From Spirochaetia bacterium (GTDB lineage: Bacteria; Spirochaetota; Spirochaetia; UBA9216): a DNA stretch of 64,000 bases. This document shows positions 1 through 11,019 of the stretch, piece by piece. The first letter of the stretch is position 1. Each line of letters begins with the position of its first letter. Made by a program: the position numbers and the translations under genes. The stretch covers positions 480,001 to 544,000 of the forward strand of contig OY776510.1 of assembly GCA_963675665.1 (NCBI GenBank). Direction: 5' to 3'. The notes under the pieces were generated by a model, which made no database searches, was not told where the DNA came from, and was given only the letters and a program-made list of their open reading frames with translations.

Positions 1-509
1 TGGTAATAAACAAGAGTTCCGTCAGCTCCGAATACATGCGCTCGGTTACGAAGGCCTCCGTTATCATCTTCAATGAAACAACTTCCTGAAATTATTGCAA
101 CTTCGTATTTTTTGGACAGATTCGACCATCCGGAAAGCCATCGTCCGACAGCTGCTTCATCTCTGAAAATATCAGAGAGATCATTATACTCCGAATGTCT
201 ATTGAGAATATCAACCAGGGCCTGCTGAAAGCCGTTATGACGATTTATTATTCCGTTATATTCTATAAGTTGAAAGAAAACACCGATATACTCAGGAAAA
301 ATAACGAGGTCAGGTTGCATTTCTTCCGAACACAGATCACTAATAATCCTGTCGGTAATATCAAAAAAGGTTTCTTCACTTTTATAATTTTCCGGGCATA
401 TTTCAAACTGTACTCCGACAGCTGTGAATATATCGTCGGCATCAGATAAACCGTATATTAAGCTCAAAGGCAACAGAAGAAGCGTAATAAATATTATCCG
501 GAATTGCAT
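1..509 (-). CDS. Carbon-nitrogen hydrolase (nitrilase superfamily) protein, runs off the window start; N-terminal signal peptide
   Basis: Not in the ORF track. Manual translation from ATG 509: MQFRIIFITLLLLPLSLIYG...PDLVIFPEY...LSKKYEVAIISGS...LRNRAHVFGADG. The FPE catalytic-Glu motif and the N-x-A-x-V-F-x-x-D-G segment are typical of the family. The frame stays open to position 1. Confidence 0.8.
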   Translation of the reverse strand, partial: MQFRIIFITLLLLPLSLIYGLSDADDIFTAVGVQFEICPENYKSEETFFDITDRIISDLCSEEMQPDLVIFPEYIGVFFQLIEYNGIINRHNGFQQALVDILNRHSEYNDLSDIFRDEAAVGRWLSGWSNLSKKYEVAIISGSCFIEDDNGGLRNRAHVFGADGTLVYY

Positions 510-657
510 GTGAGGATATTACTATAAATTTCAGTATTTTAAAAGGATTTTTGTCCGTTCGTATTTTGTTCCTTCGGTGCCGCCAACCTCTTTTATCAAT
601 CTTGCTTTTCCCTTCCCTTTACGGTATTTTAGATCATAATTCTTAACGGAGATTTTT

Positions 658-1212
658 TTGTTCAAACTGAATCTGGTCATTCGCCGGAAGAACGAAGACA
701 TAATGATATTTTCGCCCTCTCCGCTGTTCAGGGTTCTGTTTCTGATAGTAGCTGCCGTAATGATAAGCGGAATGGTTATTTCTGTTATTGATGATAATAA
801 AGGAAGCTTCATACTGCCGTGTATAATCGCTGCAATATGTATTATCGCCGCATTTTACGAAGAATCCTGGACCTTCGATAAAAAGGACTGCGTTATCACA
901 AGAAAAACAGGGCTTCTGTTTTTCCATAAAATGAAAAAAATCCCTTTTAAGGAAATTGATGCGTTGGAACTTACTGTTTTGATCCGCGGAGGACGTATCG
1001 TAAACCCGGAGGCGCCGGATTCGGATACCGATGAGTTGAAACCTGACAGTCCCAGGAAAAAAACTAATAAAAAGTACTACCAGATACTGCAGTTAAACCT
1101 GAAATCGGGAGAAAACATTATAATGGAAACATTCGAAGGCTATAATACTGACAACATCATAAAAAAAGCCTGGATACTTTCTGATTTCTGCGGCTTCCGG
1201 TTCGTAAAATAA
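658..1212 (+). CDS. Hypothetical membrane protein (2 TM plus soluble domain)
   Basis: 184 aa ORF with two hydrophobic segments, filling the gap between flanking genes; start uncertain. Confidence 0.65.
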   Translation: MFKLNLVIRRKNEDIMIFSPSPLFRVLFLIVAAVMISGMVISVIDDNKGSFILPCIIAAICIIAAFYEESWTFDKKDCVITRKTGLLFFHKMKKIPFKEIDALELTVLIRGGRIVNPEAPDSDTDELKPDSPRKKTNKKYYQILQLNLKSGENIIMETFEGYNTDNIIKKAWILSDFCGFRFVK

Positions 1213-1273
1213 AACGCCGGAGGTCAAACAACAGCGTTGCAGAACTCCGGCGGTGTTAATCAAATATTTAAAA

Positions 1274-2341
1274 TCAACTAATCTCTTTCCATCTGTGACA
1301 GGCAACGAATCTGTTCGGACCAGCCTGCTCCAGTTCGGGAATCTTCTGTTTGCAAATCTCTTTCGCATATGAACAGCGCGGATGAAAACGACAGCCGGAC
1401 GGCGGGGCTATCGGGTTAGGTACATCCCCTGAAAGGACAATCCGGGAGTCCTTTGCGCCCGGTTCCGGAATAGGAATTGCTGAAAGAAGCGCTTTGGTAT
1501 ACGGATGCAGAGCGTCCTTGAAAAGCTCATCCGTATCGCTTAGTTCCATTATCTTTCCAAGGTACATTACCGCAATCCTGTTGCTTATATATTTTACAAC
1601 AAGCAGATGATGTGTAACAAAAAGATACGTCAGAGAAAACTCTTCCTGAAGATTCATCAGTAGATTCAGGATCTGCGACTGTACCGATACATCAAGAGCT
1701 GATGTAGGTTCATCCATCAGAATAAAATCCGGGTTTGTCGCAAGCGCCCTGGCCACGGCAATACGCTGCCTCTGACCGCCGGAAAACTCATGCGGGTACC
1801 GCATCATATGTTCTTTAGCCATACCTACGGTATTCAGGAGGGTCAGGACTCTCTCCTCGATCTCCCTCGCATTATAAATGCCCTGAACGGAAAGCGGCTC
1901 CGCTACAATCTTTCTAACAAGCATCCTCGGGTTAAGCGAGTTGGATGGATCCTGAAATACAATCTGAATTTTCCTTCGCAGTTTAATAAGATCATTTGAA
2001 TGCATTTTCGTCAAATCAGCTTTCTTCAGGAGTCGCGAAGCCTCATCCAATTGCTTTGGATCCGCGGACTCAAGCATCTTCTCGATTTTTTCTATCTCTG
2101 AAGAAGGCTGATCATAATATATTCTTCCTGCAGTTGAATCATGAAGTCTGAGTATTGTCTTTCCGATTGTTGTTTTACCACAGCCGGATTCGCCTACAAG
2201 CCCAAGGCACTCACCCCTTTTAATGGCAAGATTGACATCATCAACCGCTTTGACATCTGCAATATGACGTTTGAAGACCCCGCCTTTTACAGGGTAGTAT
2301 TTCTTAAGTCTGCGAATATCTATAATGTTCTCGTTCATCAT
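1274..2341 (-). CDS. oppF: Oligopeptide/dipeptide ABC transporter ATP-binding protein (OppF/DppF)
   Basis: Walker A GESGCGKT, signature FSGGQRQR, Walker B ILMDEP, C-terminal oligo_HPY (HPYT...GCRFHPRC). Start placed at ATG 2341, overlapping the oppD stop (ATGA). Confidence 0.93.
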   Translation of the reverse strand: MMNENIIDIRRLKKYYPVKGGVFKRHIADVKAVDDVNLAIKRGECLGLVGESGCGKTTIGKTILRLHDSTAGRIYYDQPSSEIEKIEKMLESADPKQLDEASRLLKKADLTKMHSNDLIKLRRKIQIVFQDPSNSLNPRMLVRKIVAEPLSVQGIYNAREIEERVLTLLNTVGMAKEHMMRYPHEFSGGQRQRIAVARALATNPDFILMDEPTSALDVSVQSQILNLLMNLQEEFSLTYLFVTHHLLVVKYISNRIAVMYLGKIMELSDTDELFKDALHPYTKALLSAIPIPEPGAKDSRIVLSGDVPNPIAPPSGCRFHPRCSYAKEICKQKIPELEQAGPNRFVACHRWKEIS

Positions 2342-3624
2342 TCTGCTTCCTTCGCTGTATAAAGATGACAAGCCACGGTATGCCCTTCACTGTATTCAAT
2401 GACTTCGGGTTTTATCTGTTTACAGATATCCATAGCCTGCTCACATCTCGGGTGAAACCGGCATCCGGACGGAGGATGTACCAGATTAGGAACAATACCG
2501 GGTATAGTCGCCAGGGCCTCTTCCTGCTGAACTTTTGGAACTGATTTAAGAAGGGCTTTGGTGTACGGGTGCAACGGTTCATTGAAAAGAGTGGCGACCT
2601 TTGCCGTCTCACATGTGTCGCCGGCGTACATTACAGTTACCCTGTCGCAGACCTCAGCCACGACGCCGAGATCATGGGTAATAAACAGTACTGATGAAAT
2701 CTGAGTCTCTTTAAGCTTGTTGATAAGCTCAATTATCTGAGCTTGAATTGTTACGTCAAGATTGCTCGTCGGTTCATCCGCAATAAGCATCTTCGGATGA
2801 CAGGCCAGCGCTATTGCTATAACGATACGCTGCTGCATTCCGCCGGAAAGTTCATGGGGATAGGAACCGGCAATATTCTCAGGATTCGGAATTCCGAGGG
2901 CTTCAAGAAGTTCTACAACCATTCTGTGAACTATCCGATCAACAGGCCTGTAATACCTGCGCAAAACAGGAACATGTTTTACAAACTGTACAAGACCATC
3001 GGATTTTCGGATCTTCTCCCTTTTTTTCTCAAGGGCATGTCTCTTTTTTATGTCTACTTTGTTATCAAGTTCTCCGATACCTACAATTTTAGCCTCAATC
3101 CGTTCCGCCCTGGTATCATACCTTTTTCTGGCTTTCTGCTCGCGTTTCAGAAGACGGATCTGAAAGCCTTTCCACCCGCCGGGTGATCCGTCCTGTCCGC
3201 CCAGACTTTCAATGGCTTCCTGAAGAATTTCTTTCATACGATGCAGTCTGAAACTTTCACCCACCTGGTATTCAATTGAGAGGACCGGGTTAAGAGAAGT
3301 GCTTGCTTCCTGAAATATCATGGATACTTCATTGCCCCGGATTCCCTCCATGTAGGATTCGCTCCGTTTTACTATATCTACAGCCTTTTGCCGGTCTTCT
3401 TCATTCAGAAAAAGAAGAATACGGCCGTCTTCTATCCTTCCCGGAGACTGAACAATCCTCATCAGTGATCTTACAGTTACGCTTTTCCCACAACCGGATT
3501 CACCGACAAGACCGTAGGTCTCTCCGTGTTTTACTTCTATGCTTACCCCGTTAAGGGCCTTTACAACACCTTCATAGGTGTAGAAATTAGTATATAATTT
3601 ATCGGTTTGTGCTATCTTTTCCAC
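2338..3624 (-). CDS. oppD: Oligopeptide/dipeptide ABC transporter ATP-binding protein (OppD/DppD) with large internal insertion
   Basis: GESGCGKS, LSGGMQQR, IADEPT, HPYT...GCRFHPRC; about 100 extra residues between the Q-loop region and the signature motif. Confidence 0.92.
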   Translation of the reverse strand: MEKIAQTDKLYTNFYTYEGVVKALNGVSIEVKHGETYGLVGESGCGKSVTVRSLMRIVQSPGRIEDGRILLFLNEEDRQKAVDIVKRSESYMEGIRGNEVSMIFQEASTSLNPVLSIEYQVGESFRLHRMKEILQEAIESLGGQDGSPGGWKGFQIRLLKREQKARKRYDTRAERIEAKIVGIGELDNKVDIKKRHALEKKREKIRKSDGLVQFVKHVPVLRRYYRPVDRIVHRMVVELLEALGIPNPENIAGSYPHELSGGMQQRIVIAIALACHPKMLIADEPTSNLDVTIQAQIIELINKLKETQISSVLFITHDLGVVAEVCDRVTVMYAGDTCETAKVATLFNEPLHPYTKALLKSVPKVQQEEALATIPGIVPNLVHPPSGCRFHPRCEQAMDICKQIKPEVIEYSEGHTVACHLYTAKEAE

Positions 3625-4568
3625 TATTTTCTCCGCATCTTCGGATCAAAAACGTCACGCGCCGCATCTCCGATAAGGTTCCAGCCGAGAACGAACATTG
3701 CTATAACAAAACCCGGCGTAAATACAACATACCAGTAGGCCAGCCGGTTATCCGGAGGGCCTACAATCCAGTCGCGGCACATTGAAACCATCTGGCCCCA
3801 GTCTGCATACCCGCTTTCGGCTCCCAGTCCGAGAAAGGAAAGTGCGGCCGCGGAAAGGACCGTTACACCTATACTCATTGAAGCAATAATAAGAACTGAA
3901 TAGACTGCATTCGGAAGGATGTGAGTAGCAATTATCCTGAAACTCTTTGCTCCGCTCGCCTTTGCCGCAAGGATATAATCCTTGTCCCTGATTATCATGA
4001 TTTCACTTCTGATAATTCTGGTGTATTGCGGCCACCCGAGAATGATCATTACAATCATAATCGACTGCAACCCGCGTCCGATAGCAACAACCATTGCCAT
4101 CGCAACAACCAGGAACGGCAGAGAATAGAACATATCGGTAATACGCATTATCACTTCATCAACCCATCCGCCGAAGTAACCGGCAAGCGAACCCAGAATA
4201 ACACCTACTATCAGGTTGGCAATGACAATAACAAAACTGAGCTTGAATACACTCCTTGTTCCCCAGACAATTCCGTACAGGATATCATACTGCTGTTCCA
4301 TAGTTCCAAGCGGGTGCTCGGCGTTCGGAGGCGACGGGGCCGTCTGCCAGCCGTCATGGGGAATCTGGTATGGATCATGCGGATTCTCGGGCGGCGCCAG
4401 TACCGGCGCAAATATAGCGACCAATACAAAAATTACAACAATCGTTGTACCGATTATCGTAAGCGGGTTTTTAAAAAACCTTTTAAACGAAAACAGAAAT
4501 TCCTTGACCCGGGGATGAGAGAAGAAGCCTTTGTCTTTTTTTTGTTTCATATCTACAGCATCTGTCAT
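3624..4568 (-). CDS. oppC: Peptide ABC transporter permease (OppC/DppC)
   Basis: HPLGT, EAA-like loop DYILAAKASGA, AALSFLGLG, DVFDP. GAGGAG precedes ATG 4568. Confidence 0.93.
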   Translation of the reverse strand: MTDAVDMKQKKDKGFFSHPRVKEFLFSFKRFFKNPLTIIGTTIVVIFVLVAIFAPVLAPPENPHDPYQIPHDGWQTAPSPPNAEHPLGTMEQQYDILYGIVWGTRSVFKLSFVIVIANLIVGVILGSLAGYFGGWVDEVIMRITDMFYSLPFLVVAMAMVVAIGRGLQSIMIVMIILGWPQYTRIIRSEIMIIRDKDYILAAKASGAKSFRIIATHILPNAVYSVLIIASMSIGVTVLSAAALSFLGLGAESGYADWGQMVSMCRDWIVGPPDNRLAYWYVVFTPGFVIAMFVLGWNLIGDAARDVFDPKMRRK

Positions 4569-4579
4569 GATCAATCTCC

Positions 4580-5614
4580 TCAGGTTAGCCTTATTCTCGG
4601 GTCGATATAGGCATATAGAATATCTATAATAAGATTAACCGTCGCAAAAACCAGGCCGAGAAAGAGTACGTTGAACATTATTGCCGGTACATCCAGCTGA
4701 GTAGCGGCACGGGCCATCCAGAGACCTATTCCTTTACGGTTGAATATAGTTTCTGTTATTACCATTCCGGCCATGGACGTCGCGAACATCTGACCCGAGA
4801 TGGTTACAACCGGGATAAGGGCGTTCCTGCGCGCGTGCGTTCTGTGAATAGTTTTTTTGTCGGCGCCCTTTGCAAGGGCTGTTCGTATGTAATCCTGCCC
4901 AAGCGCTTCAAGCATGCTTGAACGCATGAGTCTGAGAATCAGCGCGGATTGCAGTATGACAAGATTAAATGTCGGGAGGATCAGATGATAAAAGCCGTCC
5001 CAGACTATATCCCATCTGCCGTTAAGAATACCGTCGATTACTATCAATCCTGTTATACGATTCCATTCGGGGCTTGAAATAACATCCTTCCCCGCATCGG
5101 ATATCTGTCCGGGTGGAAATATTCCGAGCAGACCGTAAAAAAGCATAAGCAGCATAAGACCGAGCCAGAACGTGGGCAGGGAATAGCCGATTACGGCAAA
5201 GACCCTCGTAAAATGATCTATAGGCTTGTCCTTATGGACCGCGCCGATTGTCCCAAGCCATATTCCGACGATTATTATCAACGGCGTCGACAGCAGAACA
5301 AGCTCCAAAGTAATTGGAAAATACTGTTTGAAACCGTCGATAACGTCGTTCTTTGCCGTCTCGGAATAACCGAAATCACCGTGAGCGATATTGTTTATCC
5401 AACGCACATATTGCACCGGAGCCGGATCATTCATCCCGTATTTATTAATGAGCGTCTCCATTTGTGCCGGCGTTACTTTTTCACTTTTAACATAGATTGC
5501 AACCCTCTGCCCGGGCGGAATGATCATCATGATTATAAAAACCATAAGGGACACGCCGAATAGAACGAGGATCATAAGAAGAAGCCTACGAATTATGTAG
5601 TTTAGAAGATTCAC
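4580..5614 (-). CDS. oppB: Peptide ABC transporter permease (OppB/DppB)
   Basis: YIIRRLL, GDFGYS, DYIRTALAKG, HARRNALIP, IDPRIR. Start trimmed to GTG 5614 to match the family N-terminus. Confidence 0.92.
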   Translation of the reverse strand: MNLLNYIIRRLLLMILVLFGVSLMVFIIMMIIPPGQRVAIYVKSEKVTPAQMETLINKYGMNDPAPVQYVRWINNIAHGDFGYSETAKNDVIDGFKQYFPITLELVLLSTPLIIIVGIWLGTIGAVHKDKPIDHFTRVFAVIGYSLPTFWLGLMLLMLFYGLLGIFPPGQISDAGKDVISSPEWNRITGLIVIDGILNGRWDIVWDGFYHLILPTFNLVILQSALILRLMRSSMLEALGQDYIRTALAKGADKKTIHRTHARRNALIPVVTISGQMFATSMAGMVITETIFNRKGIGLWMARAATQLDVPAIMFNVLFLGLVFATVNLIIDILYAYIDPRIRLT

Positions 5615-5700
5615 TGAATTTATCTCCGTATAAATTGTAATTAGATTGATTCTTTTAATTCTGCACGAAAAAGAAATTATCTCATACAGAAGTAAAAGAA

Positions 5701-5741
5701 GGGGTTCCAGCCGATACAATTAAAAGAACGGCTGGAACCCC
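5701..5741 (-). terminator. Stem-loop between oppA and oppB (partial terminator or mRNA stabiliser)
   Basis: GGGGTTCCAGCCG / CGGCTGGAACCCC perfect 13-bp arms, followed by TTCTTTT on the minus strand. Confidence 0.75.
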
Positions 5742-5780
5742 ATATATTTCTATTTTTATATAAATGTCAAGACTCGAGTC

Positions 5781-7592
5781 CTATTCCTTTGTCAGGAACG
5801 GAAGCGCATCATACGTATCTGATTGCATAGGATTGAAATAGTAACCCTTTACCCAGTCCTTCATATAGCGTCGTCTTAACATCTGCGTATTCATTATGCC
5901 CGGAGCATCTTCTATCCAGATTTCCTGCAGCCTGTAGTAAGCAGCCTTTCTAACCTCGGGATCCAGTGATGCGGCGGCTTTTTCAATCAGTTTGTCTGCT
6001 TCAGGATTCGAGTAGCTGCACTGGTGTGCATAGTGGCCTTCGCTGTGCATGTAGGGGTTCACATAGTTGTCCGGATCCGGATAGTCGGGAGCCCAGCCGA
6101 TGAAGAACATCGGCATATTGGATGTTCTAACCATATTTACGTATTCGGCCCATTCTACACCGCGGACAGTAATTTTGAACTTGGGATTAAGTTTCATTAC
6201 ATTTTCAGCAAGAAGCTTTGCTCCGAACTGACGGTCGTCATTACCGTTATTGTAAAGAAGATCCATCTTGAAACCGACTTCCCAGAGTTTTCCGTCAAAG
6301 GCTTTTTTAAAGTATTCTGTAGCCAGTTCAGGACTTGCTGCGGGTCGCTTTAAATCTGCTTTTTTATAAGCCAGGCCTGTTGCTACAGGAGTAACAGGAT
6401 CCATTGCATAGCCGTTAAGGATATCATTAAGAAAAACACCTTCGTCCCATGCTGCTACAAAGGCCTTTCGTACATTATCGTCAGCAAAGAAATTCGGAGG
6501 AACACCTTCACCGTCGAGTTTGCCGGAGAAAATCAGGGGGTTGTCTACCGCTGCTATATCCTCATTAAAACCGAACCCGGAAACATCCAGAGAGGGAAGA
6601 TCTTTATAGACGGTTATCCCGGCACTTTCAACTTCTTTATCCATATCCGGAAAATATGTGGCGTCAACCTGAACAATATCGGCATCACCCTGGATAAGCA
6701 TGAGCTTTCTGGTCGACCATTCGTCTACAACCTTGTAGATACCCTTTTTAATTGCCGGTTTCGGTCCCCAGTAATCTTCATTCCTTGTTACTACAAGTTC
6801 AACACCCTTGTCCCATCTGTCGAGTTTGTAAGGACCTGTTCCGCTTGCAATATCATAAAGGGGTTCTTTCCCTGCTTCGGGGTTATTGGCAGCTGCCATG
6901 CCGGCTTCAGTTCCATCCCAGTCGCCGTTCTCAATACTAAATTGCTTGTCTACAATACCGGCCCATTTGCCGCCGAGTACTCCAAAGAAATACGGCACAG
7001 GATAAAGAAGGTTAAAAACAACATAATCACCGTCGACCTCAACAGCCTTGTCGATATCGGCAAAATCTACAACGATATTGCCGTCGCCATCCCTTGAGCC
7101 ATAGAGTTCAGGAATAAACAGCTGATACCAGATCCAGTTGGGGCCGGCATCCGGATCAAGGACCATATTTCTTTCGAAGGAATATTCAACGTCTTCCGGA
7201 GTCAAGGGATTACCGCTGTGGAACTTGATTCCTTTCTTTATCTTAAATCTGTAAGTTTTACCGTCATTGATTATTCCGCCGTTTTCAACAGTCGGTAATT
7301 CTTCTGCTAAAAGCGGCACAAATTCGCTTGTAGATTCGCCCTTGAATCCGACCAGAGTGTCATATAACTGCGACATATTAGTCCAGGAAGCATTATCATA
7401 GGCCTTACAAGGGTCAAGACTGTCGATAGTTCCGTAGGTTGCAAAAACAAGCGTGTCGGGATTTTTTATTTCCGCTGCCGCGGGAGCGGCTTCAGCTTCT
7501 TTCGCTTCAGCAGCTTTTTCTTCTTTTGCGCAGCCGGCGAATACGGTAAAAATCAGCGCGACCGCTACAAGCAGTAAGATTGCTTTTTTCAT
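5781..7592 (-). CDS. oppA: Peptide ABC transporter substrate-binding lipoprotein (family 5)
   Basis: Lipobox FAGC, SLDP, YDTLV, GTGPYKL, GWAPDYPDPDNY; first gene of the opp operon. Confidence 0.92.
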   Translation of the reverse strand: MKKAILLLVAVALIFTVFAGCAKEEKAAEAKEAEAAPAAAEIKNPDTLVFATYGTIDSLDPCKAYDNASWTNMSQLYDTLVGFKGESTSEFVPLLAEELPTVENGGIINDGKTYRFKIKKGIKFHSGNPLTPEDVEYSFERNMVLDPDAGPNWIWYQLFIPELYGSRDGDGNIVVDFADIDKAVEVDGDYVVFNLLYPVPYFFGVLGGKWAGIVDKQFSIENGDWDGTEAGMAAANNPEAGKEPLYDIASGTGPYKLDRWDKGVELVVTRNEDYWGPKPAIKKGIYKVVDEWSTRKLMLIQGDADIVQVDATYFPDMDKEVESAGITVYKDLPSLDVSGFGFNEDIAAVDNPLIFSGKLDGEGVPPNFFADDNVRKAFVAAWDEGVFLNDILNGYAMDPVTPVATGLAYKKADLKRPAASPELATEYFKKAFDGKLWEVGFKMDLLYNNGNDDRQFGAKLLAENVMKLNPKFKITVRGVEWAEYVNMVRTSNMPMFFIGWAPDYPDPDNYVNPYMHSEGHYAHQCSYSNPEADKLIEKAAASLDPEVRKAAYYRLQEIWIEDAPGIMNTQMLRRRYMKDWVKGYYFNPMQSDTYDALPFLTKE

Positions 7593-7698
7593 GAAGTTCT
7601 CCTTTTAAAAGATTAAATATTTTACAATCTGTCAGTATATAGTATGTGAGCAACTTTGCCAACGATTATTTCCCGGTAGAGAGATTTACGCCGTTTTT

Positions 7699-9393
7699 TT
7701 ATATTGATTCATCAATTAATGCCCTGCAGGTTCTTCCGGCCATCTCCAGCGGAACCCTCCAAGACCGGCCTGTTCTGCGCTCATAAAACTCGGCATTGCC
7801 GTCCTGGAGCCCTTTTGTCGAAACGACAATCCGGTAAGGGATGCCAAGCAGATCATAGTCCTTGAATTTTACGCCTACAGATTCATGACGGTCGTCAAAC
7901 AATACCTTTGAGCCGAGCTCCGCAGCCAGAGATTCTACGACATTCTTGACTCTGAACGATTTGCCTATTCCCATCAGGAAAAAACTGTAAGGAGCAATTC
8001 CCGGAGGCCAGATAATTCCACGCTCATCATGATTGGACTCGACGATTGCAGTCATAAGCCTGCCGAGACCGATTCCGTATGAACCCATATGGGGATAAAC
8101 TGTCTCGCCGTTCTCTTCGGCAAACGACAAACCTATCGATTTTGAGTAAAAATCGCCGAGCTTAAAGATATTGCCTACCTCGATAGCTTTTACCTCTTCA
8201 AGCTTTGTTCTGCATCGCAGGCACTCATTATCCGCATGGATCCTTGCTATATCGCCTACAATACTGCTTTCGAAATCCCTTCCGAAATTCGCGTTCAGAA
8301 TATGTACTTCCGGCTTGTCGGACCCGACAATAAGATTATCTGTTTCGGAGACGGAATCATCTACAACCAGCTTATATCCTGTTATCTCGTTTGACGGGAA
8401 CAAAAACCCCGGGACAAGCCCCTCAGCCCGGACTTCTTCCGGCGTTGCCGGGCCAATCACCGGTTCTTCCAGCAAACGCGACAGTTTTTCAAGACTTACC
8501 TCGTAATCACCCCTGCACACCACAAGAACCCAGCCTTTAAGGGTTTTATAAAGTGTTGTTACGGCTATCTTGTCAGCTGAAACTCCGAGATATTCCATCA
8601 GTTTTTCTTTTGTATTGCAGCCCGGGGTTTCAATTTCTTCGGCCGGAAGAGGCATGGCAGCTTTTACATCCTTATGGCCTACAGCCACATCGATATTGGC
8701 AATATATCCGCAGGAAGGACATTTTATAATCCTGTTATCCCCCCAGTTGCACGGCATCAGGAATTCATAAGCCCTGTCCCCGCTCAGAGATCCTACAGCT
8801 GATTCCGCAGTGATTATTCCGATTCCGCAACGTTCGAAAATGCTTCTGTATGCCTTGAAAACCCTGGGGAAAAAGTTGTTAAGATCAGTGTATGAACGAT
8901 GGAAGGAATAGGCGTCCTTCATGGTAAACTCTTTTGCCCTGAAAAGTCCGCATCTTATTTTTTCCTCGTCCCTGAATTTTGTTTTAAACTGATAGAGGAA
9001 TCTCGGGAAATCCCGGTAACTGTTAATTGATACCCTGGCAAGCTGTGTAATAGGTTCAAGATGGCTGGTCGACAAAACCAGATTGTGTCCCGACCGATCC
9101 TGAAACCCGATAAGTTCCTTTCCTATAAGCTGATCCCGGCCTGTTTTTTTCAGAAGGTTTCTGGGCACGACAAGAGGCAGATCCATTTCCTGGCCGCCCA
9201 GCGCGTCCATTTCATCCCTGATTATCTCTTTCAGATTGTCCATAACACGCATGCCCATAGGCATAATTGAGAACAGTCCGGGACCCAGGCTGCGGACAAA
9301 CCCGCCCCGAAGCAAAAGTGAATAACTTATCGATTTAGCTGTCCTGGGGTTGTGTCTTAAAGTATTATTACCGAATACCTGGGAATATTTCAT
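7699..9393 (-). CDS. proS: Proline--tRNA ligase-like protein (bacterial type with INS domain), with divergent active-site residues
   Basis: KFRDE...EFTMKDAYSF (motif 2), IEVGNIFKLG, MGSYGIGLGR (motif 3), anticodon domain DDR...GVKFKDYDLLGIP. Several conserved residues are substituted (see findings). Confidence 0.8.
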   Translation of the reverse strand: MKYSQVFGNNTLRHNPRTAKSISYSLLLRGGFVRSLGPGLFSIMPMGMRVMDNLKEIIRDEMDALGGQEMDLPLVVPRNLLKKTGRDQLIGKELIGFQDRSGHNLVLSTSHLEPITQLARVSINSYRDFPRFLYQFKTKFRDEEKIRCGLFRAKEFTMKDAYSFHRSYTDLNNFFPRVFKAYRSIFERCGIGIITAESAVGSLSGDRAYEFLMPCNWGDNRIIKCPSCGYIANIDVAVGHKDVKAAMPLPAEEIETPGCNTKEKLMEYLGVSADKIAVTTLYKTLKGWVLVVCRGDYEVSLEKLSRLLEEPVIGPATPEEVRAEGLVPGFLFPSNEITGYKLVVDDSVSETDNLIVGSDKPEVHILNANFGRDFESSIVGDIARIHADNECLRCRTKLEEVKAIEVGNIFKLGDFYSKSIGLSFAEENGETVYPHMGSYGIGLGRLMTAIVESNHDERGIIWPPGIAPYSFFLMGIGKSFRVKNVVESLAAELGSKVLFDDRHESVGVKFKDYDLLGIPYRIVVSTKGLQDGNAEFYERRTGRSWRVPLEMAGRTCRALIDESI

Positions 9394-9567
9394 AAATCAT
9401 TGATATTTTAATACAATTTCCGGTTTTTTACATTAAAATAATATTTCTATGTGAAATAAAGTCCGCACGAAAAGCCTAATTGCTCTTTTAGTGGTCATTT
9501 AACCGCTCTAAACCTTGACATTTAAAGCAATTATCAGGATCCTATGGGTAACAACCATATGGAATAG

Positions 9568-10884
<1,317 letters not shown>

Positions 10885-10945
10885 TAACGTCTGATTCTGC
10901 TCGCCAACACACGGGCTCCCGGGATAATCCGGGGGCAATATATAT

Positions 10946-10979
10946 AAGCCCGCACCGAACCTCGGTTTGCGGGCTTTTT
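10946..10979 (+). terminator. Rho-independent terminator after eno
   Basis: AAGCCCGCA...TGCGGGCTT hairpin ending in a TTTTT tract. Confidence 0.8.
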
Positions 10980-11019
10980 AAGGTTGACTCAAAATACATG
11001 GGCGGCTAACATCGTAACA

